Positions 1 to 8,881 of a stretch of 64,000 nt of DNA are shown one piece after another. Under the pieces are notes generated by a model. The model was not told the origin of the DNA. It searched no databases and worked only from the letters and a program-made list of their open reading frames with translations. Source of the stretch: a candidate division Zixibacteria bacterium RBG_16_53_22 (lineage in GTDB: Bacteria > Zixibacteria > MSB-5A5 > UBA10806); contig MEWP01000063.1 in assembly GCA_001775395.1 (NCBI GenBank), positions 2,086-66,085 on the forward strand. Reading direction: 5' to 3'. Position numbers and translations under genes: made by a program. Position 1 is the stretch's first letter; every line of letters starts with the position of its first letter.

Positions 1-69
1 TGATATAGACGAAATCCTGGCTAAACACAGGTATGTCTTTGCCCGGATTGTGGCGTGTGAATGGGCAAT

Positions 70-405
70 CTATGGCTTGAGCTGTTTGCGCCTGTGGGTT
101 GCCCATAGCAGCGTCTCCTCGCACATCTGGATCTGAAGGTCCATAAAGCCGTCGATGTACATGCTACTGACACCGAACTGGTTTATGTCAATTCTGTATC
201 CATTGTACACAAACCAGATTTTGTTGTGGTCCAGGCGTCCCTCCGCCACTAGAAGCTGGACGTAGTAGAAGATGTTGTCTGTGCTGTATACGAACGGCAC
301 AGTGCTTTCATCGTTAACCCAGGGCTCGATGGTCTCGTGGAATGTTTTCCTGATGTCGAAATCTGACACTGCTTGCCCGTCGCTTGAATACACCAGCTCG
401 ATCAT
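70..405 (-). CDS. hypothetical phage protein
   Basis: 111-aa ORF with AAGGAGG SD before the ATG; part of a tightly packed leftward gene run. Confidence 0.7.
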   Translation of the reverse strand: MIELVYSSDGQAVSDFDIRKTFHETIEPWVNDESTVPFVYSTDNIFYYVQLLVAEGRLDHNKIWFVYNGYRIDINQFGVSSMYIDGFMDLQIQMCEETLLWATHRRKQLKP

Positions 406-503
406 TTGTTGCCTCCTTTGCGCCTCTTCTGGTTCTGGCGATGCTTCTTCGCCACCTTGTTAGGTCGATTGGTTCTCTTGACGCCAGTCCGGTTAGTTGC
501 CAT
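402..503 (-). CDS. small basic peptide (33 aa, MATNRTGVKRTNRPNKVAKKHRQNQKRRKGGNK)
   Basis: Below the ORF-track cutoff; fills the gap exactly, with an ATGA overlap onto the 70..405 start. Confidence 0.5.
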   Translation of the reverse strand: MATNRTGVKRTNRPNKVAKKHRQNQKRRKGGNK

Positions 504-762
504 TGCGCAACTCCGCATACAGCCAGTTCAAAGAATGCTCCAGGTGTGCGATTACTGGATTGTCTGTGTCAGCCATCGGGATCAGGTCTGTTTCCCCGGT
601 GCTTACATTGTACATGGTTGCCCATAGGTCTCCATCTCTGTCTCTGTAGAACATGGCATGGATTTCTATACCTTTTATCTGGAGCGCATTGGCCTCTGGG
701 CAGAAATTCATGTGTGCGCTGGAGTCCATCTCCTGCTGACAGAATGGGCAAAACTCTGCCAT
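493..762 (-). CDS. hypothetical protein with CxxC...HxxxC motif
   Basis: Start moved to MAEFCPFCQ, directly after the stop of 767..1000. Confidence 0.6.
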   Translation of the reverse strand: MAEFCPFCQQEMDSSAHMNFCPEANALQIKGIEIHAMFYRDRDGDLWATMYNVSTGETDLIPMADTDNPVIAHLEHSLNWLYAELRNGN

Positions 763-766
763 AACC

Positions 767-1000
767 CTACGAATTTGTTTTACCATCGAGAGCCTCCTTA
801 TCTCGATCATACTGTGCGGCATGTTCACGTAGCTCATCTGCGTATTGCTCCCATTCCAGTAGTGTGCCGCTATTCTGACTGGACAGGAACACTACGACGC
901 GCTGTATGGTGCGCAAATCAGGCTTGGGCAAGTTGTGCCTGACAGCTACCTGATGCGCCGCCCAATTGGCGCGATTGAATTGGCGTGTGCGAAAGATCAT
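767..1000 (-). CDS. hypothetical protein
   Basis: 77-aa ORF with AAGGAGG SD. Confidence 0.6.
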   Translation of the reverse strand: MIFRTRQFNRANWAAHQVAVRHNLPKPDLRTIQRVVVFLSSQNSGTLLEWEQYADELREHAAQYDRDKEALDGKTNS

Positions 1001-1016
1001 GTAACATGCCTCCTTA

Positions 1017-1349
1017 TCATTCCTGAAATTTCAATTCGCGTAGCCTGGCATTTGCCTTTGCAACAAATTGTGGATACATTCCCGATTGATCGCCACCAAC
1101 GTGAAGATGTGGCCTGTCACATTCATCGCTGCTGTAATAGATCTTCAGACCAGCGCCATTGAGTCGGTAGCTGCCATCCTCGCCTCCAGCAATCTCGTCT
1201 ATAAGTTCCTGGTATCTATGCGGCTCTTGCAATGCCGACTTAATAAAGTAAGACATTGCATCCCACTCCGTCTGTAGCGCAATCATTGCCAGATCACCAA
1301 ATGCGAGCTTGGTGACAATATTGCGCCACACTAAACTGTTTTTGTCCAT
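1017..1349 (-). CDS. hypothetical protein
   Basis: Start moved to MDKNSLVW, which is preceded by AAGGAGG. Confidence 0.65.
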   Translation of the reverse strand: MDKNSLVWRNIVTKLAFGDLAMIALQTEWDAMSYFIKSALQEPHRYQELIDEIAGGEDGSYRLNGAGLKIYYSSDECDRPHLHVGGDQSGMYPQFVAKANARLRELKFQE

Positions 1350-1359
1350 CGGTTCCTCC

Positions 1360-1608
1360 TTATGCAATGGGGCCTTTGCCCTTGAGAGTGAACACATCCT
1401 CGACCAGATCCTTGGAGTCCTTAAGACTCAGTGACAGCAGATTGCGCACGACCCTGATGCGTTGGATGAGCGTGTGTGGCTGGTTAGTCTCTTCCAGTAT
1501 TGCATCGACGTGTTCTCCGAGTGATCGCTTCTTACCGCGTGACCAGTTAATGGGATCGACTGGCCCCTTCTCGATTGAGAAGGAATAACCGAACAATTCA
1601 AACTGCAT
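1360..1608 (-). CDS. protein with ribosomal L7/L12 C-terminal-like motif
   Basis: IQRIRVVRNLLSLSLKDSKDLVE resembles the L7/L12 KIxxIKxVRxxxGLxLKEAKDLVE pattern; strong SD. Confidence 0.55.
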   Translation of the reverse strand: MQFELFGYSFSIEKGPVDPINWSRGKKRSLGEHVDAILEETNQPHTLIQRIRVVRNLLSLSLKDSKDLVEDVFTLKGKGPIA

Positions 1609-1684
1609 GGTAATGCCTCCTTATGGATCGAACTGATGTTTTTGAGCCGCCCATGAGCACCTCGATGCACATGGGCCGCCCCAA

Positions 1685-1726
1685 AACAAAGTGAAAGAGA
1701 GGTCGAGTCCAAATTTGGACTCGACC
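1685..1726 (-). terminator. intrinsic terminator
   Basis: Perfect 26-bp palindrome GGTCGAGTCCAAATTTGGACTCGACC (1701-1726), followed on the minus strand by a pyrimidine/U-rich tail. Confidence 0.6.
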
Positions 1727-1734
1727 CGGATGGA

Positions 1735-1911
1735 CTATTTAGACTTGATGCAGACGTGTTCAGCGTGTATGTCATTCCACGTGACGCGCCATAGGGTTGC
1801 TTTTCCCCACATTCCGACCTGGCGATTGAATTCTTTGAGCGCCAGGTGCAAATCTGAGCTATCGTATTGTCTGTTGAAAAATTGGCTATGGACCTCATAG
1901 AAGTATCTCAT
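1735..1911 (-). CDS. hypothetical protein (58 aa, MRYFYEVHSQFFNRQ...)
   Basis: Below the track cutoff; ATGA overlap with 1908..2117; stops just before the hairpin. Confidence 0.55.
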   Translation of the reverse strand: MRYFYEVHSQFFNRQYDSSDLHLALKEFNRQVGMWGKATLWRVTWNDIHAEHVCIKSK

Positions 1912-2117
1912 CGTCTATACTCCTTGGCCGTGTACTTACGCGGCAACGATGCCTTGCGTGCTCTAAACTCGTACAGGTGTTCGTCTTTGCCATTCAATCC
2001 AAGATTGGCCTGAACATCATCACAGGCTGTACCGCCATCGCAAGCATGGACGTAGAACGGCTTTTTGAACGATGTTAATCCTTGTTGGAAGATCCACACG
2101 GCGTATAACATGGTCAT
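1908..2117 (-). CDS. hypothetical protein
   Basis: 69-aa ORF with ATGA overlaps on both sides. Confidence 0.6.
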   Translation of the reverse strand: MTMLYAVWIFQQGLTSFKKPFYVHACDGGTACDDVQANLGLNGKDEHLYEFRARKASLPRKYTAKEYRR

Positions 2118-2386
2118 TCTCCATCTCCAAACACCCGGCGCACGAAGCGCCGCATTTGGTCCATCTGATACCAGCGCGCCATGAAGTAATTGCGCTGTAC
2201 AACGGCTCTTTTTTCACGTCTACTGCGCTCCAGGCGATTGCCAGGGAAATCGATTGGGTCCCAGCGTACCCACTCATTGAAATGCCACATGGACCTAAAC
2301 TCTCTTTCGGCCTGGCGCTGGGCAATCTCTTGCAAGAACTTATCCCGCACGTAGTTGGCCTTCCATTGTACTCTGAAGCTTGCCAT
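2114..2386 (-). CDS. hypothetical basic/aromatic protein
   Basis: 90 aa; GGGAGG SD. Confidence 0.6.
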   Translation of the reverse strand: MASFRVQWKANYVRDKFLQEIAQRQAEREFRSMWHFNEWVRWDPIDFPGNRLERSRREKRAVVQRNYFMARWYQMDQMRRFVRRVFGDGE

Positions 2387-2455
2387 GGTATACCTCCCTT
2401 TTGGCTAATTTATTGAGTCGTGTCTGCGCATCTTAATGCCCAAACGCCACGCAAC

Positions 2456-2559
2456 AAAAAAGCCGCACCGATCCCCCAAACGATGTCAGTAACCGTTAAG
2501 GTAGGATGGTGCGGCTTTAGATCCATCGCGCTGCAAAAGCCGCAAAAGCACGCGATGGA
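2456..2559 (-). promoter_or_regulatory. structured intergenic RNA: terminator with a possible anti-terminator
   Basis: Inverted repeat 2459-2469/2508-2518 with a U-tail on the minus strand; second inverted repeat 2522-2530/2551-2559. Confidence 0.45.
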
Positions 2560-2570
2560 AAGCTATTAAG

Positions 2571-2960
2571 TTATGCGCTGAAATTGTCTACGATCTTCTT
2601 GAACTCGCTGAACGTGATGCGCTTATGCCGTAGGGCAATGGCCGCCTGGATGACCTCAGCCTCATCGCTTGGCTGATACGTTAAGAAGTCAGGTGGATCT
2701 TCATCTTCATCTATATCAACATGGAAGTAGCAGGCATGACAACCATCGAAACTATGGCCGACTGGCTCACTGTTGACGGCATCGCGTTTTTCGTGTGCTT
2801 CTGTCAACGTCAATCCCTCGAAAGCACAGGCGACGCTATTGCCACTCAGATCGTCATGATCGCCTGCGTGTCGCATGATCAAATGATCTTCGACCATCTC
2901 GTACCACGCTTCACACATGCCATAACCTGATCCAGCACTAACTTTTATGAACACGATCAT
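2571..2960 (-). CDS. hypothetical protein
   Basis: Start moved to MIVFIKV, preceded by AAGGAG. Confidence 0.6.
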   Translation of the reverse strand: MIVFIKVSAGSGYGMCEAWYEMVEDHLIMRHAGDHDDLSGNSVACAFEGLTLTEAHEKRDAVNSEPVGHSFDGCHACYFHVDIDEDEDPPDFLTYQPSDEAEVIQAAIALRHKRITFSEFKKIVDNFSA

Positions 2961-3008
2961 TCTCCTTCTTCCCATAGGTGCAGGAGTCCGCCCTATGAGA
3001 GCTAATGA

Positions 3009-3149
3009 TTATTTGATAACACGTGCCGCCAATCTCGCAAACTGGCGGCTGAACATGGACGCTAAATTGAAATCATCCACGTGTCCAGTCCGATACCAAA
3101 TTGCCCAGTAATAGGCGCATTTCTGCGCCAGGCGCTCCAATTCACTCAT
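3009..3149 (-). CDS. small hypothetical protein
   Basis: MSELERLAQK..., preceded by AAGGAG. Confidence 0.5.
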   Translation of the reverse strand: MSELERLAQKCAYYWAIWYRTGHVDDFNLASMFSRQFARLAARVIK

Positions 3150-3229
3150 GATAATCTCCTTTCGACTATAGAGCTTATAGAGCCACATGGACGCCCCATG
3201 AGACGCCCATGTCACCCTATAAACACAAG

Positions 3230-3267
3230 AAAAAAACCGCCGAGGCCGACGCCCAGACTCGGCGGAT
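3230..3267 (-). terminator. intrinsic terminator
   Basis: CCGCCGAG...CTCGGCGG stem followed by a U7 run on the minus strand, just after 3277..3555. Confidence 0.7.
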
Positions 3268-3276
3268 TGGAGCTAC

Positions 3277-3555
3277 CTAATCGCGATACCCACAGGCAAA
3301 CGCATAACCTGCCTGATATGCGCGATATTCCCCTTCACTGTTATCGACCGCATCATCGAGAATCTCCCCATGCCCATTAAGGGCAAAGGCTGACTCAACG
3401 AAGGTTTTACATTCCTTGAGAGACAAATTCTCCCCTAACACCCACAAAGTCTTTATCCTGGCTATCATGATAGCGTTGTCAGGCAGTCCAATACTCTCCG
3501 GGTGATTTAACCTCATATACTCTATAGCATGCGCCAATGCAACACGTTCATTCAT
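3277..3555 (-). CDS. second L7/L12 C-terminal-like motif protein
   Basis: Start MNERVALAH with AGGAGG SD; contains IARIKTLWVLGENLSLKECKTFVE. Confidence 0.5.
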   Translation of the reverse strand: MNERVALAHAIEYMRLNHPESIGLPDNAIMIARIKTLWVLGENLSLKECKTFVESAFALNGHGEILDDAVDNSEGEYRAYQAGYAFACGYRD

Positions 3556-3887
3556 TTTTACCCTCCTATAGAGCTGAATAAGATTCTTGATCGACCTACG
3601 CGCGCACCAATTGCCACATATCGAAATTCGCACGCATGAGAATACCTGCCTTGGCAAACATGAAACCAATGCATTCCTCAAACGTACCACGACAAGCTAC
3701 ACTGCCATGCGCATACAACGCTGAGTCAGAACGATATACCAATACTTTGTACATGTCACCCCCCTATGGGTTGAAATATGGATTTTTGACCGCCCTATAA
3801 GAACCGTTACGAAAAATCCACAAAACCAATTCTCGTAACGGGAATTCACCAGTAGTGGTGGTACACTGGACATGACGAGTAGGAAAG

Positions 3888-3994
3888 TTGACAGTATGCT
3901 GTCAAACACTGCCTACCTTACTAGAGCCCACATACTGGGTGTGCATGTGGGCTCTAGTAAAGCAAAGACTCCCCCTTGTGGGGGGGGAGTCTTT
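3888..3994. repeat. cluster of three tandem inverted repeats
   Basis: TTGACAG/CTGTCAA (3888-3905), 16-bp TTACTAGAGCCCACAT/ATGTGGGCTCTAGTAA (3918-3960), 12-bp AAAGACTCCCCC/GGGGGAGTCTTT (3964-3994). Confidence 0.8.
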
Positions 3995-4021
3995 CGTGCT
4001 AGTGGGGGAATGGTGACGAAG

Positions 4022-4855
4022 TTACTTTTTGGCGGGCTTGGGCTTGCGCTCTGGTTCTTCAGGCAGTGATACGTTGTTGTCAACCACGCTAGTGGGGTTG
4101 GCTTTCAGCCATGCTTCTGGTGTGATCGACAAGGCGACGGTATCATTGTGGCCGTTCTGGTTAACCCCAATGCCCAGGGCATTACACGCTTCATTCCAAG
4201 TGGTATGTTTACACGCTTCTTGGAGTCGCGCGTCGGTATCGCTCCATACCTTGTTGGACTTGGCGTAGATGATAGCATGAAGCTTTTGGAGTGCCGTCTC
4301 AGTAGTGGGGTAATGGTTGGGCGTATCAGCCTGTGTGAAGGTTGCCAACAAGGTGGACTTACCCGGCTTGTCTACAGCGTACATTTCTATGCTATCAGCC
4401 AGGGAGAGGTAGAAGCGCACGTTACCGGAATGCGTGATCCGGTATGTCTCATAGGGCAAGTGTTTGTCGGCTGACTTGCTAGCAGACGACTCGCCAGTAT
4501 AACTGGCCTTAAAGCCTAGTGGTATTACTACGTCGGCCACAAACGTGTCAACCCGGTAGTTGTGGGTTATGTCGGCTATAGCGACGCGGTCAGACTGGTT
4601 TAATTCAGCCAAGTCTTTCATCAACAATTGAACCTCTTCTAGCGCTTTGGGAGAGGTCATGTCTATAGTTGAGAGTTTCTGCCTTGCTGACAGTTCACGG
4701 TCAGCAATCCAGTTTTGGCGTTCCTGGACAAATTCAGCTAATTCTACGGGAATTTCATCAGCGTGCTTGCTATAGGTAGCAAGCCATGTTAGCAATTCGA
4801 GATGCTTGTCAAAAGCGCTCCCCTGCCAACCTGCTAGGTTCTTCTTCTCGTTCAT
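4022..4855 (-). CDS. isolated hypothetical protein (277 aa)
   Basis: AGGAGG SD; own extended -10 (TGGTATACT, 4918-4910); flanked by hairpins and the large non-coding region. Confidence 0.75.
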   Translation of the reverse strand: MNEKKNLAGWQGSAFDKHLELLTWLATYSKHADEIPVELAEFVQERQNWIADRELSARQKLSTIDMTSPKALEEVQLLMKDLAELNQSDRVAIADITHNYRVDTFVADVVIPLGFKASYTGESSASKSADKHLPYETYRITHSGNVRFYLSLADSIEMYAVDKPGKSTLLATFTQADTPNHYPTTETALQKLHAIIYAKSNKVWSDTDARLQEACKHTTWNEACNALGIGVNQNGHNDTVALSITPEAWLKANPTSVVDNNVSLPEEPERKPKPAKK

Positions 4856-5262
4856 TGATTAGCCTCCTAAGCTATAGTGGTTGTGGTGTGCGCGTGCACA
4901 CCTGATACCAGTATACCACACGTTTTATTGTCAAGTTGACCTAGCGTATAGTGGTAGTATGTATGCAATACGTGGTAATACTACACACCTTACCTGTAAG
5001 TTGTAAGGTGTAATTATGAGTATACCTGAGCATACTACTACCTATAGTGGGGTGTATGTAGCTTTACTAAGCTTGACGTAACGAGTATACGTAGTTATGC
5101 ATAGGTTAGTATTAGAACATATGTACCAATTTGGTACTTCTATGGAAAGCTACATAGATTTTAAGGTATGTGTTGACATAAGGGTATAGTAGGGTATACC
5201 TGGCTCTGCTGGGAGAGGTCAGCAGGCATGCATCTCGGCGAAGATACCCCCAGCCAAAAAAT

Positions 5263-5276
5263 AGAACAAGTGTTCT
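5263..5276. promoter_or_regulatory. LexA (SOS) box, Gram-positive/Chloroflexota type
   Basis: AGAACAAGTGTTCT = AGAAC-N4-GTTCT; weaker AGAACATATGTACC at 5114-5127. Confidence 0.55.
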
Positions 5277-5667
5277 GACAACCCCGACTATCCCCCCTCC
5301 TACGCCTTACCCCAAATTCCATACTTGACATAATAGAACGGCTAAATCCATCTACATCTGTTTACAGGAATGGGGTAGGGGAGCATGGTGATAGGGTAGG
5401 GGAGAGAGTCCAACTGCTGGACTCAAGCGGTAGGGTAGGGGGCTGGTGGTGGTCGCGGGCGATGCGAAAAAACTGTGTTCCTCGTACCTGTGGTACTTGT
5501 TTTTTCGCAGATATATAGTGGCATGGGTGAGTGTGGTCACTGGCTGGATGGTGGGGACGGGGGGAGTGGTGGGTGAGTGTGTGTGGTGTGGTGATACCCG
5601 TAGGGGGTATATTGTGGTAGGTTTACCATAAGTGGGCAAAACACGGGATTTTAGGTGCCTTTTGGGG

Positions 5668-5904
5668 TTATTTTGAGTAGTTCAGGGTGATACCGGGTGG
5701 GGGTATAGTATCATCGATAGCAGGCGGCCAGGGTAGTGGCATCCAGTGGGTTATATCATCGATGGCGATATTGTGTGCCTGTGCAGCGGTCCAGTCTTTC
5801 CAGCCGCCGTCGTAGGCCATGCAGTTCATCGCGCCGCTTGCATATACGAGCACCCAGGCGGGCGATTCGGGCAGTCTGTTTTTCATGCTTATCCAGTTAC
5901 TCAT
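5668..5904 (-). CDS. DUF551-family phage protein
   Basis: WISMKNRLPE...ITHWMPLP signature. Confidence 0.8.
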   Translation of the reverse strand: MSNWISMKNRLPESPAWVLVYASGAMNCMAYDGGWKDWTAAQAHNIAIDDITHWMPLPWPPAIDDTIPPPGITLNYSK

Positions 5905-6098
5905 GTCTCCTCCACCTCGATACAAATGACCTGGTGCCAGGGGACGATGCGGTAGCGACCATCAAGCTGGAACGTGAAGTAACCCACTTGTATGGCCCTT
6001 CTCAGGATCTTGAGCCACTCCTGGCTGACCGTCTCGATGTGTGCGCTATCTACGGTGTGCTCACCAGAGAAAGTATTGTAGAAGATCGCGATCTTCAC
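5901..6098 (-). CDS. hypothetical protein
   Basis: 65 aa; 4-bp overlaps with both neighbours. Confidence 0.6.
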   Translation of the reverse strand: MKIAIFYNTFSGEHTVDSAHIETVSQEWLKILRRAIQVGYFTFQLDGRYRIVPWHQVICIEVEET

Positions 6099-6283
6099 GT
6101 ATCAATTTCCTTCTCGGCTATGATCAGGTACTTGTCTTTGTATGCCACTCCAGGCCCCTTCAAGGCTGGTCCCCCACGCACAATCGCAAACCCCTGGTCA
6201 TAGTACGTGGCAATAGCCTTATGATACTCGTCCAGGGTGCAGGTGATACTCAGGCGTTCGATTATCTGGCGCTTGATCTTCAT
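6095..6283 (-). CDS. hypothetical protein
   Basis: Start moved to MKIKRQIIE (ATGA overlap with 6280..6486). Confidence 0.55.
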   Translation of the reverse strand: MKIKRQIIERLSITCTLDEYHKAIATYYDQGFAIVRGGPALKGPGVAYKDKYLIIAEKEIDT

Positions 6284-6486
6284 AGATAATCCACGTACAC
6301 CACGAAGGCGGCGTTGACGCGAGTGATCACTTCGTCCTGGCGCTTGACGGCAAACCAGATAGCCTTGCCATGCTCGGCGTAGGGCGCGATCTCGGCGATG
6401 CCCTTGTTTCCCACTTCCCACCACTCGTTATCGGTGCGGATCTTACGAATCTTGCGTGTGTCGGATAGTAGGGTTGCTTCCATCAT
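6280..6486 (-). CDS. hypothetical protein
   Basis: 68-aa ORF in the packed operon. Confidence 0.6.
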   Translation of the reverse strand: MMEATLLSDTRKIRKIRTDNEWWEVGNKGIAEIAPYAEHGKAIWFAVKRQDEVITRVNAAFVVYVDYL

Positions 6487-6712
6487 TCACCTTCTTCTGT
6501 TTGCTGCATATTTTGCACTTCCACTTGAACCCATCCGGGCTGGAATTGTCGGCACAGAACTCAAGCATGGTCTTGATCTTCCGGCAGCCGGGGCAATACT
6601 TGAGACCCTGTCGCGCCAGCTCGTACTTGAGGTGCCAGCGTTTGTCGGCGGGCGTCCGCCAGCGGTCTGCCGGAAAGCCACAAAGCCACTTTGGCGGATC
6701 GTAGAGCTTCAT
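6443..6712 (-). CDS. zinc-ribbon protein
   Basis: KYCPGC...EF...DG...CKIC; CAGGAG SD. Confidence 0.6.
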   Translation of the reverse strand: MKLYDPPKWLCGFPADRWRTPADKRWHLKYELARQGLKYCPGCRKIKTMLEFCADNSSPDGFKWKCKICSKQKKVNDGSNPTIRHTQDS

Positions 6713-6771
6713 ACTCCTGTCTCAACTGCTGCCGCATGGCCTCGCGCAGCTCGTCGAGTCCAATATTGGAC

Positions 6772-7242
6772 TCACTTCCAGGCCCGTTTGACATCACTCA
6801 CCAGCTTATCAGCTACGATATGCCACACGTCACTGTAGGCCATACCGCCATAAATCGAGCCGCCCACTATACACGTCTCACGCCATGGCGCACCCAGGAT
6901 CAGGGCGATTGCCATGGCTGGCAAGAGCAGGATGGCAGCCCGTACCAGTGTGCCGGTGATAGGCGTGTGAGACCCAAGCAGGGTTTTCCACCAGTTGTCT
7001 CGCCATTGCCTCCGGTACATACCATAGCGATGCGGCAGGGCCTCTTCGTAGTCCTCCAGCCCCAAAAAGTCGCCTACTGCGCCCAAACGCTGTGCAATGT
7101 CGGCATCCGGGTTGACGTAGTAGGTCAAAGTGATGCCCGTTTGCACTGCCAGAAATACCGGGAAATCGAGCAGAATTACAGAAAAGCAGCTCAAAAACTG
7201 CGCAAAGGCGGTAATTCTGCGATGAGTTGGGCCGTTAGGCAT
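6772..7242 (-). CDS. DUF2227-like putative metal-binding membrane protein
   Basis: MPNGPTHRRIT, NPDAD, LPHR, SHTPITGTLVR and WHIVAD motifs. Confidence 0.7.
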   Translation of the reverse strand: MPNGPTHRRITAFAQFLSCFSVILLDFPVFLAVQTGITLTYYVNPDADIAQRLGAVGDFLGLEDYEEALPHRYGMYRRQWRDNWWKTLLGSHTPITGTLVRAAILLLPAMAIALILGAPWRETCIVGGSIYGGMAYSDVWHIVADKLVSDVKRAWK

Positions 7243-7435
7243 GGTCGAGTACGTCCAACGTGTCGTAGCGGTAGATCCACTTCAGACTGACCAGGCTGCG
7301 CCACAAGTCCAGTCTACACGACTCGCGGCGGCGGATGATCAGGTCCTCAAGATCTCGCAACCTATCGTCTGCTTTGTATTGCGCTTGCTGGATGGCAGCC
7401 AAGTCGCCCACGATGCTCGTTTTAATTGTGTTCAT
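7235..7435 (-). CDS. hypothetical protein
   Basis: Start MNTIKTS with ATGA overlap. Confidence 0.5.
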   Translation of the reverse strand: MNTIKTSIVGDLAAIQQAQYKADDRLRDLEDLIIRRRESCRLDLWRSLVSLKWIYRYDTLDVLDHA

Positions 7436-7824
7436 GTAAGTCTGAACTTTTTTATGTTGTGTGGCTGCCCCCACACCTGTACCCAGACTACAATAAAAAA
7501 GTCGTCGATGTAGATTACCTCGCCCTTATGGCTGCGCTCGAAATAGTCTAGAGCCTCTTTGTATCTGATCCCGAAGAACCTAGATAGATCGGCACAACTA
7601 TCCATGTAGCGGTGCTCTGGTCTGCCAGACTTGTCCAGGCCGATCACCAGAATCTTCCACTCGGCGTTCTTCTTTTTCTCCTCAATCTCTGAGAGACGCC
7701 GAGCTACTTCCAATGAGCTTGCGTAATCCTCAAGAATGCGCAACACCTTGCTGAGATCACGCCGAATATCGACAAACCACATCGAAGCTGTATCAAACCA
7801 CTTGCCTACCTTCCAGATCTTCAC
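7432..7824 (-). CDS. hypothetical protein
   Basis: 130 aa; GGAGG SD; overlapping junctions. Confidence 0.6.
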   Translation of the reverse strand: MKIWKVGKWFDTASMWFVDIRRDLSKVLRILEDYASSLEVARRLSEIEEKKKNAEWKILVIGLDKSGRPEHRYMDSCADLSRFFGIRYKEALDYFERSHKGEVIYIDDFFIVVWVQVWGQPHNIKKFRLT

Positions 7825-8501
7825 CCATTCCTCCCATTTTGCTTGACAGCGGACAGCCAGCGTCGTGCTGTCCGGTCACTTATGCCAGCCTCCGCAACGA
7901 TATCCATCACTGTCAGGTCAGGTGGCCTGTCAGTGTCAGACAGGAATGCATGCTTGTCTGACCAACGCCGGACATGTGTCCGGTCAATGTCCGGGTTGTC
8001 CTTATGTGTCCTCTTACGCTCCTCCCTGGCTCTGGCTACTTCCTGTACCCGCCTGGCATGGCTGGATATGAGTGAGATCACCTGGTAAGTGACAAATGCC
8101 AGCACGAACAAAGCAGCCGGTGCATATATTACTGACTTGGGTATGACTTCCAGGATGACTGTAAGTAACAAGCCTGTTATGAAATAAATAGCGATCATGG
8201 TTTTGCCCCTGCCCACCGGGGCAAATGGGTCGCTCTTGACTCTGGCAGGGTCACTATTGTAGTCACTCATTTCTATGGTCACATACATAGCTGCCAACCC
8301 AAGCATTTCAAGTGTTATGCCGATAGTCCATGCCACGCTGTATGGAATGTTAAAATGCCATGCCACTGACCTAGCAACCAAATAGGCTGGCGCTACAGGA
8401 GCCGCCCAAGGCCCAATTCTGGTTGCCAAGACAATCATGATGTGCTCCAGCCTATCGAAGAACGATATTATGCCACGCTCAACACTGTCCAACTCTCCCA
8501 T
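7821..8501 (-). CDS. multi-pass membrane protein with C-terminal HTH (DUF2637/Spd-like)
   Basis: About 4 hydrophobic helices, a coiled segment, then LTVMDIVAEAGISDRTARRWL HTH. Confidence 0.6.
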   Translation of the reverse strand: MGELDSVERGIISFFDRLEHIMIVLATRIGPWAAPVAPAYLVARSVAWHFNIPYSVAWTIGITLEMLGLAAMYVTIEMSDYNSDPARVKSDPFAPVGRGKTMIAIYFITGLLLTVILEVIPKSVIYAPAALFVLAFVTYQVISLISSHARRVQEVARAREERKRTHKDNPDIDRTHVRRWSDKHAFLSDTDRPPDLTVMDIVAEAGISDRTARRWLSAVKQNGRNG

Positions 8502-8524
8502 AAGTAGTCTCCCAACTCACTCAG

Positions 8525-8848
8525 CTACTTCACCAACAATGCCTTGATGGCATAGTAATCCGGGTTGACCAGGCGTCCTACAAACTCAGACAGAGTCTCC
8601 ATGAGCCCAAGGCCCAATAGCAGGAAGATCATGACACAAAACACTATAGGTATCAACCAGATTTCACTATCCGTCCCTATCCTGAACTTCCTCAAACAGA
8701 ACAGGCAGCAGGCTATCGAGCCAGCTATAGCTGCCAACAGCAAGGCCGTCCCAATGCCATGCACCCACGTCTCGTAAGCCACCTGTCGCTCGGCGATGGT
8801 CCATACGCGCGGGCCAAGACTCATGATAAGAGCCATTAAAGTTTCCAT
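8525..8848 (-). CDS. 2-TM membrane protein
   Basis: Start METLMALI with AGGAG SD; ends LVNPDYYAIKALL. Confidence 0.65.
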   Translation of the reverse strand: METLMALIMSLGPRVWTIAERQVAYETWVHGIGTALLLAAIAGSIACCLFCLRKFRIGTDSEIWLIPIVFCVMIFLLLGLGLMETLSEFVGRLVNPDYYAIKALLVK

Positions 8849-8881
8849 TTCCGTTCCTCTCCTTTTGTCCAACTAGCTCAG

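Noticed and set aside
1428-1898. 156-aa minus-strand ORF
   Set aside because: It crosses a terminator and overlaps 1360..1608; the 58-aa ORF 1735..1911 fits the operon better
5352-5639. ORFs on both strands in the G/T-skewed block
   Set aside because: No SD; their composition simply reflects the strand skew
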